Assembly: GCF_006345805.1 (NCBI RefSeq)
Contig: NC_043002.1
Location: forward strand, 103,106,001 to 103,170,000
Reading direction: 5' to 3'
DNA: 64,000 nucleotides
Origin: Octopus sinensis
Lineage: Eukaryota
In this document: piece by piece, positions 53,685 through 64,000 of the stretch
Layout: each line of letters begins with the position of its first letter
How positions within the stretch are numbered: the stretch's first letter is position 1
Notes under the pieces: model-generated
Database searches by the model: none
Seen by the model: the letters and a program-made list of their open reading frames with translations, nothing else
Told to the model about the DNA's origin: nothing
Position numbers and translations under genes: made by a program

Positions 53685-55019
53685 AGCGAGAGAGAGAGAG
53701 AGAGAGAGAGAGTGAGAGAGAGAGAGTTCTCGTTCATGGGAGTGAAGTGATTTTGCTAAACAAAAAAAAACACGAACTGAGAATTGTGTTTTTACAAACC
53801 CACACTATCAACCATAGCATTTTTGGAAACGACCGACTCGGATTTTGTTTTTTGATTTTTTTTTTTGTGTGTATAAATTTTTAACATTGTTAAATATGGT
53901 ACATTTTTGACAGTTCTGTCCCGCCTACTCAGTATTTTCATATTTTTCTCTCCCATTTTTGCTAAACTTTTTTTCTGTATGCAATATTTTTCTCTTTTTC
54001 CTTTTCTACTTTTTATAACTCTGAAAACTTCACAGCTGTATCTGTTGAAATTTCTGAAACTGAAGTTTTTCAGCTTCATTAAATTTGTATATTGCTCTAG
54101 TTTCTCTCTATAGTTCTTTGAGGCGATTGTTCTTTGTATCTTAGCAACTAACTTTGTTAATATTCCTTCGCTCTCTTCTTTAAAGCACTTTAATGCAACA
54201 CAGACACATAAACTGCAATATGCAGAATCACCGCATCAATCTTCTTCTTACAGAAAAAGTTCAGCCTCATTAATAAAATTCTGCATGAAATACTTCTATA
54301 TTAAAACGCATATTTCAATATACGTCTAAGAAGCAGAGCAATTTATTTTATGAAACACGAAACAGATAAAACTGAATACACAATTCTGGTTTAAAAAATA
54401 TGCCCTACACAAAAATTTTGGTTTCAACAGTTTGAGATTTTGCCCGATGATAAAGAACATCAAATTTAGGCAGCCAGGAAATTATTTCCAGAAAGAGCTG
54501 AAATGAAAAGTAAAATAAAACGTAGAATATGCATACTAATAGTTTTATAGTATCAGACAGAATATAACAGACCTATCTCGTAAGAATGGGATTATGAACA
54601 TCAAACGTTTGGGGGCAAAAAAGATGGTATCACTTTAGTCATAGACGTTAGAGCAGAATCTAAAACTAAAAAGAAATCACTTTATTTCCATTCGTCGATC
54701 ATGCGATCAATTTTTCAAACAACTTTCAACGAGATTCATCAGTCACAGTTTGACTATTATAGTCATTATGTGTTATAATTCAAACATCAATTTGCTTTGC
54801 ACTTAGATCTCTTGAATTGCAGCACCAGTTTTGTGATTCCTTTTTTCTACCATAATCTACTGCAAGGAACTCTTAGGTCCTCTGCAGCCCGACGAACTGG
54901 GTGAACCCGGTTTAGTCGCCAAAAACCCTGAGCATGGAGCGGCAGTATGGACTACATGGTTACTGTAAAACCCTAAGCCGATCAGATTGCAAAAATTCTT
55001 GAACAACGTAGTCTGAATT

Positions 55020-55700
55020 CACTGAATGAGATACCCTCAATCCGCATTGGTAGTGACATTGTATCGTGGTTTACCTGCCTCGGGTCCATCATGTCTAACA
55101 ACGCTAATGATGAGGAAATATAACAGTGAATACAACAAGTGTCTGCAGCTTCCGGTGAGTTTCAGACCAGAGAGTTCTTCAACAAGAATCTGAGGACTCG
55201 CACGAAACTTGATGTTTGTCAGGTCATCGCTTTATTGATATGGAGCAGAAATCTGGGTGGTTTACTGCAAGCACCTGAAGATATTTGACTCCAACACATC
55301 TTAGGCGTTTCATGACAGACATCGTTCTCAATAGAAACATCTTGGAACTCTGCAACACCTTCAGTATCAAATCTCTTATTGTTAGACGTCAGCTTCATTG
55401 GATTGGCCATGTGTTCAAGATGACCACCTTCAACTTTCCCTATATTGATTTCTACGAGAAATTGGCCGAAGTCCAAAGTTCTGTTACAGGAAATGGAATG
55501 AAATTGAAGCATAAATATGTTGCTACACAGCAGAAATGCAACATTTCTCCGACACTTCAGGAAGCTCTTGCTACGGTTTAAAGCGGATGATAGAGCATAA
55601 AGTATGAAGCTTGTAAAAGCGTCAAGATAGGGCGTCGTCAACGACTCGATGAACGCTGAGTGAGGCTTGTTGCGAAATACTGTTAGATCGCCTTTTAACA
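55020..55700 (+). mobile_element. RTE-clade LINE 3' portion, decayed
   Basis: FTCLGSIMSNN, RTKLDVCQVI and SIKSLIVRRQLHWIGHVFKM...FYEKL match the RTE F.YLGS / TK..VY / QLRW.GHV.RM...PK...Y.EL motifs. Confidence 0.75.
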
Positions 55701-56699
55701 CTCAGTTTATCCTTTCCTTGTCCAGTTTGTGGAAAAACTGTTGCTTCAATCAGCGTGTCCACTAACTGCGCTTAGCACGATCTTGAAGGGGTATGATGAC
55801 ATTGTCTTTCGAGTCAAGAGACTTTGAAGCAAAGCTTTGTAATCTGACAGAAATATTGCAAATGTCCTGAATCTAGCAATACCGACTATTGACATTCATT
55901 AGCATACTCCTTTTAACACATTTTTGCATTGAGATTAGTATTGGATGTCCAAATTATTATACTTGTTTTATGCTCAAACAGGCCATATTTAGTCTTTCAC
56001 CAATAGCATAACACCATTCTAAAAGTTTAAAAAAACCGCATCCTCAAAATCTCGAAGCTCGGAGATAATGAAATAATGAATGATTAATTCAAAATGGTGT
56101 GAATGAATTTGCACTACAATAAATCTGAATGACAATACGCAATTTCGCAAAGCAGTTCTCACCCATTGATGGTTCTGAATGCATACATATTCCACTGTAT
56201 TTTCTGATAAATGTCTATACATTAATAATAATCGAAGGCCTGAGGTTTTGTGGGGAATTGTATTAAAGCTATGTGGTATTTCCCAAAATATTTGTCTGTG
56301 TAAGATTTTTCTATTCTCCAAAGCCTTGTCAGAGAGCTTAGTTTTCATGTATGCATTAAAAAACCCGGCAATTCGAAAGATGAGCCTCACTCGAAAATTA
56401 CTGGTCAAAATCTATTTATGTTAATTATTGTTCTTTTTATTTATAAGTAGAGTGGATTTTAAAAATTTTATTTTCAGGAATTGCCTTGTTTTTTTTCCCC
56501 TTAAATTCATCCAGTTACGGCCCAAGGTATCGACCAACTATTCACCTTATCATAGAATATAAAATTTTAAGTTTTTTGTTAATAAAAGTTCGCAGGTCGG
56601 TTGTTAGATTTATGGACAATATTTTGCTTATATATACATTTCAAAATACTTGTCCTTTCCTTTCACAACAGCCCTTAATCTAGTTTTACCTAAAGTGCA

Positions 56700-57330
56700 T
56701 TACTTCTTCACCACCTTTTCGGTCATATGGCACTATAGCCTCTCAAGTGCATTTGTCCAGCGTGATACACTTGAAGCATCGCTCGCTAATGTGTGTCATC
56801 ACAAAACCCATAGGATTTTTAATTTTTTGTTAATAAAAGTTCAAGGTCGGTTGCTAGATTTACGGGCAATATTTCACTTACATTTATGGTCCAAAATAGC
56901 TGCCCTTTTTTTTCACCACAGATGGTTCTATGCTTAATGGAGAATAAATAGACCTCACAAAAACCCACAAAATTATCTCTTGGACAATTTCCACGCTAAA
57001 TTACCTGTGTCGCGTCTTAGACATAGTAAATCCTAAATGTAGCCGATAACCAAGACAGTATTCTTTTGTCCAAATTTTGCTAGTAAACTGTGCTATTCAC
57101 TTTCATTCCTTCTTCAATGAACACCAAGAGTAACTTGCAACCATCAGTAGCGACAGCAACCCAAGCCGTGACCCCAGTGGATCACTGTCATTTTAAATAC
57201 GTTCTGACACTTTTGGAGATGTTTTTCTGTTGAAGTGGTGTAAACTTTTCATAATCATAGTTGGCCACAGACACCAGAACGAAAAACATTTCGCCCAAAC
57301 AAGCGAAGATGGTTTTATAATGGTATTGTA
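56700..57330 (-). mobile_element. Second maT/DD37D-like Tc1/mariner relic, heavily decayed
   Basis: Minus strand GVTAWVAVATDGCKLLLVFIEEGMKVNSTVY*QNLDKRILSWLSATF resembles VMVWAAV.SDG.KSPL.FI..GVKVN..VY...VLPW. Confidence 0.55.
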
Positions 57331-58055
57331 CCATGCGTTGCAACACAATGTTATGCGCAAATTCCTTTGTTTATTTTTTTGATTATTTTTACAAGAAACT
57401 AAAAGTATTTTGTTTGAGACAAAATTTATTAGAATACGCAACTACTTGTAATTGAATTCTGGCAAACTCTAAATAAAAGTTTGCAAATGCCTTAAGCCAA
57501 TATTTCGAATCGGATGGCTCATATAGCTTACAATGTTTTCCTTTGCGATGCTACTAACACCAATGAATTATTTTACTATACACTCAGTACAAGTTTTAAT
57601 GTTATATTTCAAGAAGAAGAAATAGATATATGTGTTTGTGTGCACGTGTGAGTCTGTGAGTAAATAAAATATGAAGATAGAGAGGGAGAGAGAGAGTATT
57701 GTTAATGATCCATGTACAATGGACAGAAACAATCTCACATAAGTTATTATATATAGTATATATTCTCATATTCAGCTCCAGACTTCTTACCTCTATCCTC
57801 ATGAACACAGTGATGTATGGACTGTTATTAACTGTTTTTTAATATATCACAGGGTATTTATTCGACATATTCGGTATAGTATCGTAATTCTCCTACATGA
57901 TAAACGCATGTCCAGCACCATCTTAGAACAGAAAACGCATTTTCGTTTATCCCCGTATATCATTCGCTGCGAGAGTATATGAGTACAATAAGAAAGTCGC
58001 AACACATATACATGTATATGCATTCATGCATATATATACATACATCCATACTTAT

Positions 58056-58100
<45 letters not shown>

Positions 58101-58105
58101 ACAAT

Positions 58106-58243
58106 TGCAGCGTGGAAAGTGTTCTAAGCCATTTAAAAACACACAAAATCCGTCAGATTCCCTCAACATATAAATTTAATTTGTCAAAATATTTCCATCG
58201 CTTTGAGACCACGACTTATTCACTGACAAAATTCCGTGCTGCA
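58106..58243. mobile_element. Short MITE-like element with TGCA termini
   Basis: Imperfect TIRs TGCAGCGTGGAA and TTCCGTGCTGCA, AT-rich flanks, homology to 26387-26520. Confidence 0.55.
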
Positions 58244-58315
58244 TATACATACATACATACATACATACATACATACAATATAAATGTATGTGGTGTATAT
58301 ATATATATATATATA

Positions 58316-58374
<59 letters not shown>

Positions 58375-59390
58375 CATACACACGCACGCGGGCGTACACA
58401 TACACACCCACATTTATGAGTTTGGGGCCATATAGGGAAACGGAATTATTACTCCATGACTGATTTTGAAGTGACAATTCAAAATAATTCTATTCTTATT
58501 TTAGATTGAAAATACTTTCTGTGACCGCAATCCTTTGACAAATGGTATTATAATAACTACTACTACAACAGCAAAACGAAAGAGACATATAAAAGGAAAA
58601 CCAGCAAAAATTTATAAATCATTCATGTCATTTATATCAATACTTGGAACGCTAAATTGATACGTGTATTATCAAGAAATAATTGAGTGGGGTTTTAGTA
58701 TATATTTAGACTGATTTGATGCCTGTAGTGTTCATTAAATGAGTCTACACGTCAAAGTTGATCTGTCGCAGTGTGATAAAGAATTAAGATCTCTTAATGA
58801 AACCTGAAATGGCTTTTCATTACCAGATCTCTCTGTCACCTGCCTTTTAATGACAGATATAGTGGTTGAAGAAAGAGGATTTAGTCTGACAAGTGCTGTT
58901 AATAGAATCAGATTTATATCGTTGGAGGCATTATGTCTAACATGCCTGCAAAGTGTCTTAGAATATGATTAGAAAGGTTCTGTAGTTTTGTGTAATTAGA
59001 AAACCAATAGGAGGACATCACACATTTTTTTTTAGTCATGCGTTTACAGGGGTGTACATGCGTGCGTATAAGCATGTACACTCTGAGATTTTCGCGCCTG
59101 TAAGATGTGCAAACACACTCACACACATATACGTAGAGGGAGAGAGAGAGAGATTTACTCGAAGGAATTGAGACAGTCAATGCATGCAATACGGATATTC
59201 ATGTATACACCTACGTAGTTATGCATATGTGAATACATATACATTCACAAATATGTGTGTGCAGGTGCGTAAGTGCATGTATGTGTCTGCATGTGTATGT
59301 TTTAACATCTGTATGCGCATGTACGTAAAACTATATGTTCCGTTATTGGTATTACATCATAAGACTTGTGGTCTCATGCTCTTAATACCT

Positions 59391-59534
59391 ATTTCTTTAT
59401 TACCCACAAGGGGCTAAACACAGAGGGGACAAACAAGGACAGACATAGGTATTAAGTCGATTACATCGACCCCAGTGCGTAACTGGTACTTAATTTATCG
59501 ACCCCGAAAGGATGAAAGGCATAGTCGACCTCGG
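59391..59534 (-). mobile_element. Family M SINE, 5'-truncated
   Basis: Reverse complement of the 3' 145 bp of the array unit. Confidence 0.88.
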
Positions 59535-59884
59535 TCATGCTTTTAATACCGTTAACAGTTACTACTATATCTTGTTGCCGTCATCAGATATTTTAAACTT
59601 CGAGGGAACATGTTATCAAAATTCGAAAAAAAATTATTGGACCAATGGCAGAACGCTTGTCGTGTATACAGGAGATATGGGTTCGAATTCGATGGGCAGC
59701 CTTCGGCATTTTCTACTCTGAGGGTTTGAACCCACTATTTATACGCTACTACTTATATCTTTATGTGTTCCTAAGTCTAGGTTTCGAAAACGAAGAATAT
59801 TTATACATATATATATCTTCTTAACATTCGCTATCTGTTCACCATTTTAAATACTCTATACATACACACACCAATATGTATACA

Positions 59885-59896
59885 TATATAATAATG

Positions 59897-59929
<33 letters not shown>

Positions 59930-59983
59930 TAATAATAATAGTAATAGTAGTAATAATAATAATAATAGTAGTAGTAGTAGTAA

Positions 59984-60024
<41 letters not shown>

Positions 60025-60050
60025 CAGCAGCAGCAGCAGCAGCAGCAATA
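59885..60050. repeat. Compound (AAT)n-(AGT)n-(AGC)n trinucleotide repeat
   Basis: Read directly from the sequence; it explains the poly-L, poly-Y and poly-T ORFs. Confidence 0.95.
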
Positions 60051-60487
60051 TAAATAATAAATATTAATATGATGCATTGCCAGGCAGTACCAGTACAGCC
60101 CATATACTATGGAAAGCATTCTACATGGAAGCAATCTGATAATTTCAGGCAGCTGCAATAAAGTTATAATGAAAAGAAACTATGAAGAAGAAGAAGAACA
60201 ACAACAACAACAGCAACAAAAACAACAACAACAACAAAAACAACAACAGTAATTCTAGGATGGAATTTATAAATATTTAATACATAACTACGCACGTTTC
60301 CACAAATCACATGATTTTGACGTCAGAGTCCATATCTTTGGCATTAGTACAGTATCGTTCGTATTATCCTTGAGCTTCTGGTTGATCATCATCATCGGTT
60401 CATTTCATCAGGTGATACTGTATTATTGGATGAATCACAGAGGAATGTTTTTTTCTCTTCTTGCCAGTATGAAGGCCAATCTCACTA

Positions 60488-60718
60488 TACTCTTTTACTC
60501 TTTTACTTGTTTCAGTCATTTGACTGCGGCCATGCTGGAGCACCGCCTTTAATCGAGCAAATCGACCCCGGGACTTATTCTTTGTAAGCCCAGTACTTAT
60601 TCTATCGGTCTCTTTTGCCGAACCGCTAGGTGACGGGGACGTAAATACACTAGCATCGGTTGTCAAGCAATGCTAGGGGGACAAACACAAACACACAAAC
60701 ACACACATACACACACAT

Positions 60719-60768
<50 letters not shown>

Positions 60769-60931
60769 CGACAGGCTTCTTTCAGTTTCCGTCTACCAAA
60801 TCCACTAACAAGGCATTGGTCGGCCCGGGGCTATAGTAGAAGACACTTGCCCAAATGCCACGCAGTGGGACTGAACCCGGAACCATGTGGTTGGTTAGCA
60901 AGCTACTTACCACACAGCCACTCCTGCGCCT
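60488..60931 (-). mobile_element. Family C SINE, full length
   Basis: Reverse-complement homolog of 12536-12977. Confidence 0.9.
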
Positions 60932-60949
60932 GTGGATATTTCTGTATGT

Positions 60950-61612
60950 ACTTGGTGTGTCGAGGTGGATGATGAGAGTAGAAGAAGGAATGGTGGTAAT
61001 ATGGGGATGGAGATGTGCGTAGAGGTGTTGGATCTATTTGCTTTACATTCTATAGATTTTAAGGATTGTCGTTCATTCACCAGTGGTAAGGATGGTAGTA
61101 ATTCATTTTGCTCTATTTCATAGAAGATCCGACTCTCCTCAATAAATTCTGAAACCATCTAGTGGTCAACTGCTATAGAGTGGGGTTTGTTGAGCAAACG
61201 GATTAATACCATATCCCTTATGGTGATTTTTTCCAATGTTGCTGTTGTTATAGTGAGAATCATTGGGATTTTCATTTATTTGGTTTCCTTCCTGTTTAAT
61301 AATCTGTTAAATAAATTCTTCTCAAATTTTTATTTTCAGTTCCCATGAATGATATTTTGTCCCTATGCCTACAGGATATGAGCTTCCCAGAGTGAAAATT
61401 TATCACGTATTCCCTGGATACAATTATTTCGTAGGTTTATTCCTGCCATATGTTGCATACTCGTGAACTCCTGTTATACGGTGCAGCATTTTTTTTTTAT
61501 AATGGACTAGTGGTTTCTATATTCTATTTCATTCTGTTTTAACCAACAGACGAAGTTCGACAGAGATGTAGAGTGTAATTTATTTCTATTGAAAAACGAT
61601 GAGAAATTGCCT
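60950..61612 (-). mobile_element. Penelope-like GIY-YIG C-terminal half plus 3' region, decayed
   Basis: SSFFNRNKLHSTSLSNFVCWLKQNEIEY and AAPYNRSSRVCNIWQE*TYEII...INFHSGKLISCRHRDK. Same family as 29300-30020. Confidence 0.75.
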
Positions 61613-61617
61613 GACCG

Positions 61618-62045
61618 TGGTCCGTGCAACATCGATATTGTTCCCTGTGTTTGTAAAATCTTTGTATCTCTGCCGTAAGGCTTCATTTCCACACGTGCCA
61701 GCTTAATTCAATTCGTCCTTACTCGAAAGACACCTGTTGTTATGTCAAGTTATTATTTTTATTGTATTTATATTTATATTTGTGTAACATAGTCCGTTTT
61801 CTCCGTCCTTGTTTTTTGTATACATTCGGTGCTTTCTTCCAAGGAAGCTAACGCTCTTAGCTTAGTTTTTCCTTGGGGATGGCCAGATTGGAGGAATCTC
61901 AAGAATAATCACCCGAAATTGCGAGGATAATCTGGTGCTTGACTGAAGAAGGAAAACTTCGAATGACCCGTCTTTGTTTTCCTTGTATCGTCTATCTAGA
62001 TGTTTTGTTGTACCTTTCTCTCTTCTCTTTCCACGTGACCGACAA
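61618..62045 (+). mobile_element. Probable PLE pseudo-LTR-type repeat, copy 1
   Basis: Inverted homolog at 62345-62689. Degenerate CTGAAGA-AGG-aaaa-CTT-CGAA core. Abuts the GIY-YIG relic head to head. Confidence 0.55.
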
Positions 62046-62344
62046 CTCTTCTGCTCTTCAGAAATCTAAAATTGGAATTCAGTATAACATATCGAATGAT
62101 AGTTTTTTTTTGTGTTTTTAAATTTGAAGTAAAACTATAAAACGGTGTTGGAAATATAAATTAAAAATTACTGCTTTTGATGAGGATCTTTAAATCCATA
62201 TATACTTCCTTGGATATTCTTCTGCAATAATCCATAATATTCATATGTAAAATCTGTTATATTATCTTGTATTGCAAATACAAAATGGAATACGAAATGG
62301 GACAAGAACGCAAAACATCCGGACAGCTAGATGATACAAAAATG

Positions 62345-62760
62345 AAACAAACCATCCATATAGACGATACAAGGAAACCAAAGACGGGTCATTGGAAGTT
62401 TTCTTTCCTCAATCAAGTACCAGATTATCTTTGGAATTGCGGCCGATTACACTCGAGGTTGCTGCAATCTGGACAACCTCAAGTAAAAACTAAACTAAGA
62501 GCATTACATACCTTGGAAGAAAGCAGCGAATGTAGGCAAAATCAAGGACGGAAAATAACGGACAGTGTTATACAAATACAATAAAAATGACAACAGGACA
62601 TAACAACATGCTGGCGTGTGTGGGAATAAAGCCTTACAACAGGTACACAATATTTCACAGGCACAGGGAGGAATATCGATGTTGCACGGGCAACGTCCAG
62701 ACCAAGAAAGATCAAGCATGGCCGAACGTCGGTCACGGCAATCCCATCAAGCTTGGACAC
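62345..62760 (-). mobile_element. Probable PLE pseudo-LTR-type repeat, copy 2 (inverted relative to copy 1)
   Basis: Roughly 75-80% identical by eye to 61622-62010. Confidence 0.55.
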
Positions 62761-62879
62761 TCTGTGGGAGGAAAAACAAAACCCGTCAAAGGGTGGAAGA
62801 ACTCTTGAGAGTCAACGGTCATCCAATGAATGTGTTTTTTTTTTGTTATTTGTTTCTTAAGGCTTAAGGCTGTATCATG

Positions 62880-63310
62880 CACGGGGACATAGAAATAATC
62901 GGACGGAATACCCGATCGCGCGGTTAAACCATTGGGAGTGAAGGACTCCTAGCCTTTGTTAGGGCACCCTTCTAGGAGAAGGTAACTCAGGTGACTGGGA
63001 TAACTCCGACATAAAACCTGCGGCTCAGTGGTTATCGATGATGTTGACTTGTTCTTCTTTTCGGATTATGGCTGCTGTTGCTCAGTGAGTGGGATTGACT
63101 CAGTGCACAGCCTTTCCTCACTTTAATAAAAATCTTCTTGCACAGGCATTGCACGATAACAACATTGTTCATGATTGTTGATGGTGCTGTGAGTCTCAAT
63201 TGAATGGCTGGCTGTAGCCTTAAAAAGCAAATAAAAGTCACATTCGATCACAGCACCAACAGCAGTTAAGCTTCGTGCAATGGCCATACTCGATAACGAG
63301 GGGGCAGCCA
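62880..63310 (+). mobile_element. Probable RTE LINE 5' end (5'UTR), 3'-truncated
   Basis: CTCCTAGCCTTTGTTAGGGCACCCTTCTAGGAGAAGGTAACTC resembles the RTE 5'UTR motif associated with HDV-like ribozymes. Confidence 0.45.
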
Positions 63311-63352
63311 TCATGTATATATAAATAGATAGTTAGAGAGAGAGAGAAAGAG

Positions 63353-63384
<32 letters not shown>

Positions 63385-63395
63385 AAGTACATATT

Positions 63396-63742
63396 ATTTT
63401 ATTCTTTTATTCTTTTACATATTTCTGTCATGCAGCAGCACCGTCTTCAACATATCAACCTCACAACTTACTCTTTGTAAACCTAGTACTTATTTTATCG
63501 CCGAACTGCTAAATTACGGGGACGTAAACGCACCAACATCGGTTGTCGTGCGATGATTGACAGACACACTCAGACTAACACATATGTACAACGGGCTTCC
63601 TTCAGCTTCCGTCAGCAAAATCTTCTCAGAAAGGCTTTGGTCGTCCCGGGGCTATAATAGCAGGCATTTGCCCAAACTGCCACGCAGTAGGACTGAACCC
63701 GGACCATATGGTTTGGAAGCATGCTTCGTACTCAATACACTT
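63396..63742 (-). mobile_element. Family C SINE, old and diverged
   Basis: Homologous to 60488-60931 (GCCACGCAGTAGGACTGAACCCGG, CTAGTACTTATT). Confidence 0.75.
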
Positions 63743-64000
63743 GGTATGGTTGCATATATTGTTGACACACACACGCATGCATGTATATAGATAAGTGTGT
63801 AGTTATTTTACATATATACACTTGTATAACATAAGTGCGTCTGTATAAATTGAAATTATGCCGACACACATATGCGTAAATGTATGCATATTACTGTGCT
63901 TTGGTGTATTTATTTTTTTCTACATTGATACACATACATCACATGTCTGCGTATTTGTGTCTATATTTTTGTGAATATGTGTACGCCAGTCTGTGACTCA

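Noticed and set aside
61940-61980. Functional hammerhead at CTGAAGAAGGAAAACTTCGAATGAC
   Set aside because: It has GAAT instead of GAAA and no workable stem III or stem I register. Kept only as a weak hint of pseudo-LTR identity.

Overview
This is strongly AT-rich, microsatellite-dense eukaryotic non-coding DNA. The repeat families and the long (TA)n/(CA)n tracts look like an octopus (coleoid cephalopod) genome; that is inferred from recognising the repeats, not from a search. I found no host protein-coding gene, rRNA, true tRNA or CRISPR array. Nearly all ORFs in the track are translations of microsatellites. The recognisable content is transposable-element debris: (1) three tRNA-headed SINE families, one amplified into a 10-copy higher-order tandem array at 48.7-51.5 kb; (2) many Penelope-like (PLE) relics, with GIY-YIG fragments and pseudo-LTRs carrying minimal hammerhead-like cores, several in head-to-head inverted pairs; (3) an R4/Dong-like LINE with a SINE nested in its RT region, and RTE-type LINE fragments; (4) mariner and maT-type Tc1/mariner relics, a Helitron helicase fragment and a Merlin-like MITE. 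The most interesting signals are a tRNA-like head fused to a Penelope-type hammerhead (39.3-39.6 kb), a perfect 102-bp inverted repeat that starts at a predicted hammerhead cleavage site (14.1-14.5 kb), and the SINE array. All alignments and folds were done by eye, and relic boundaries are approximate.
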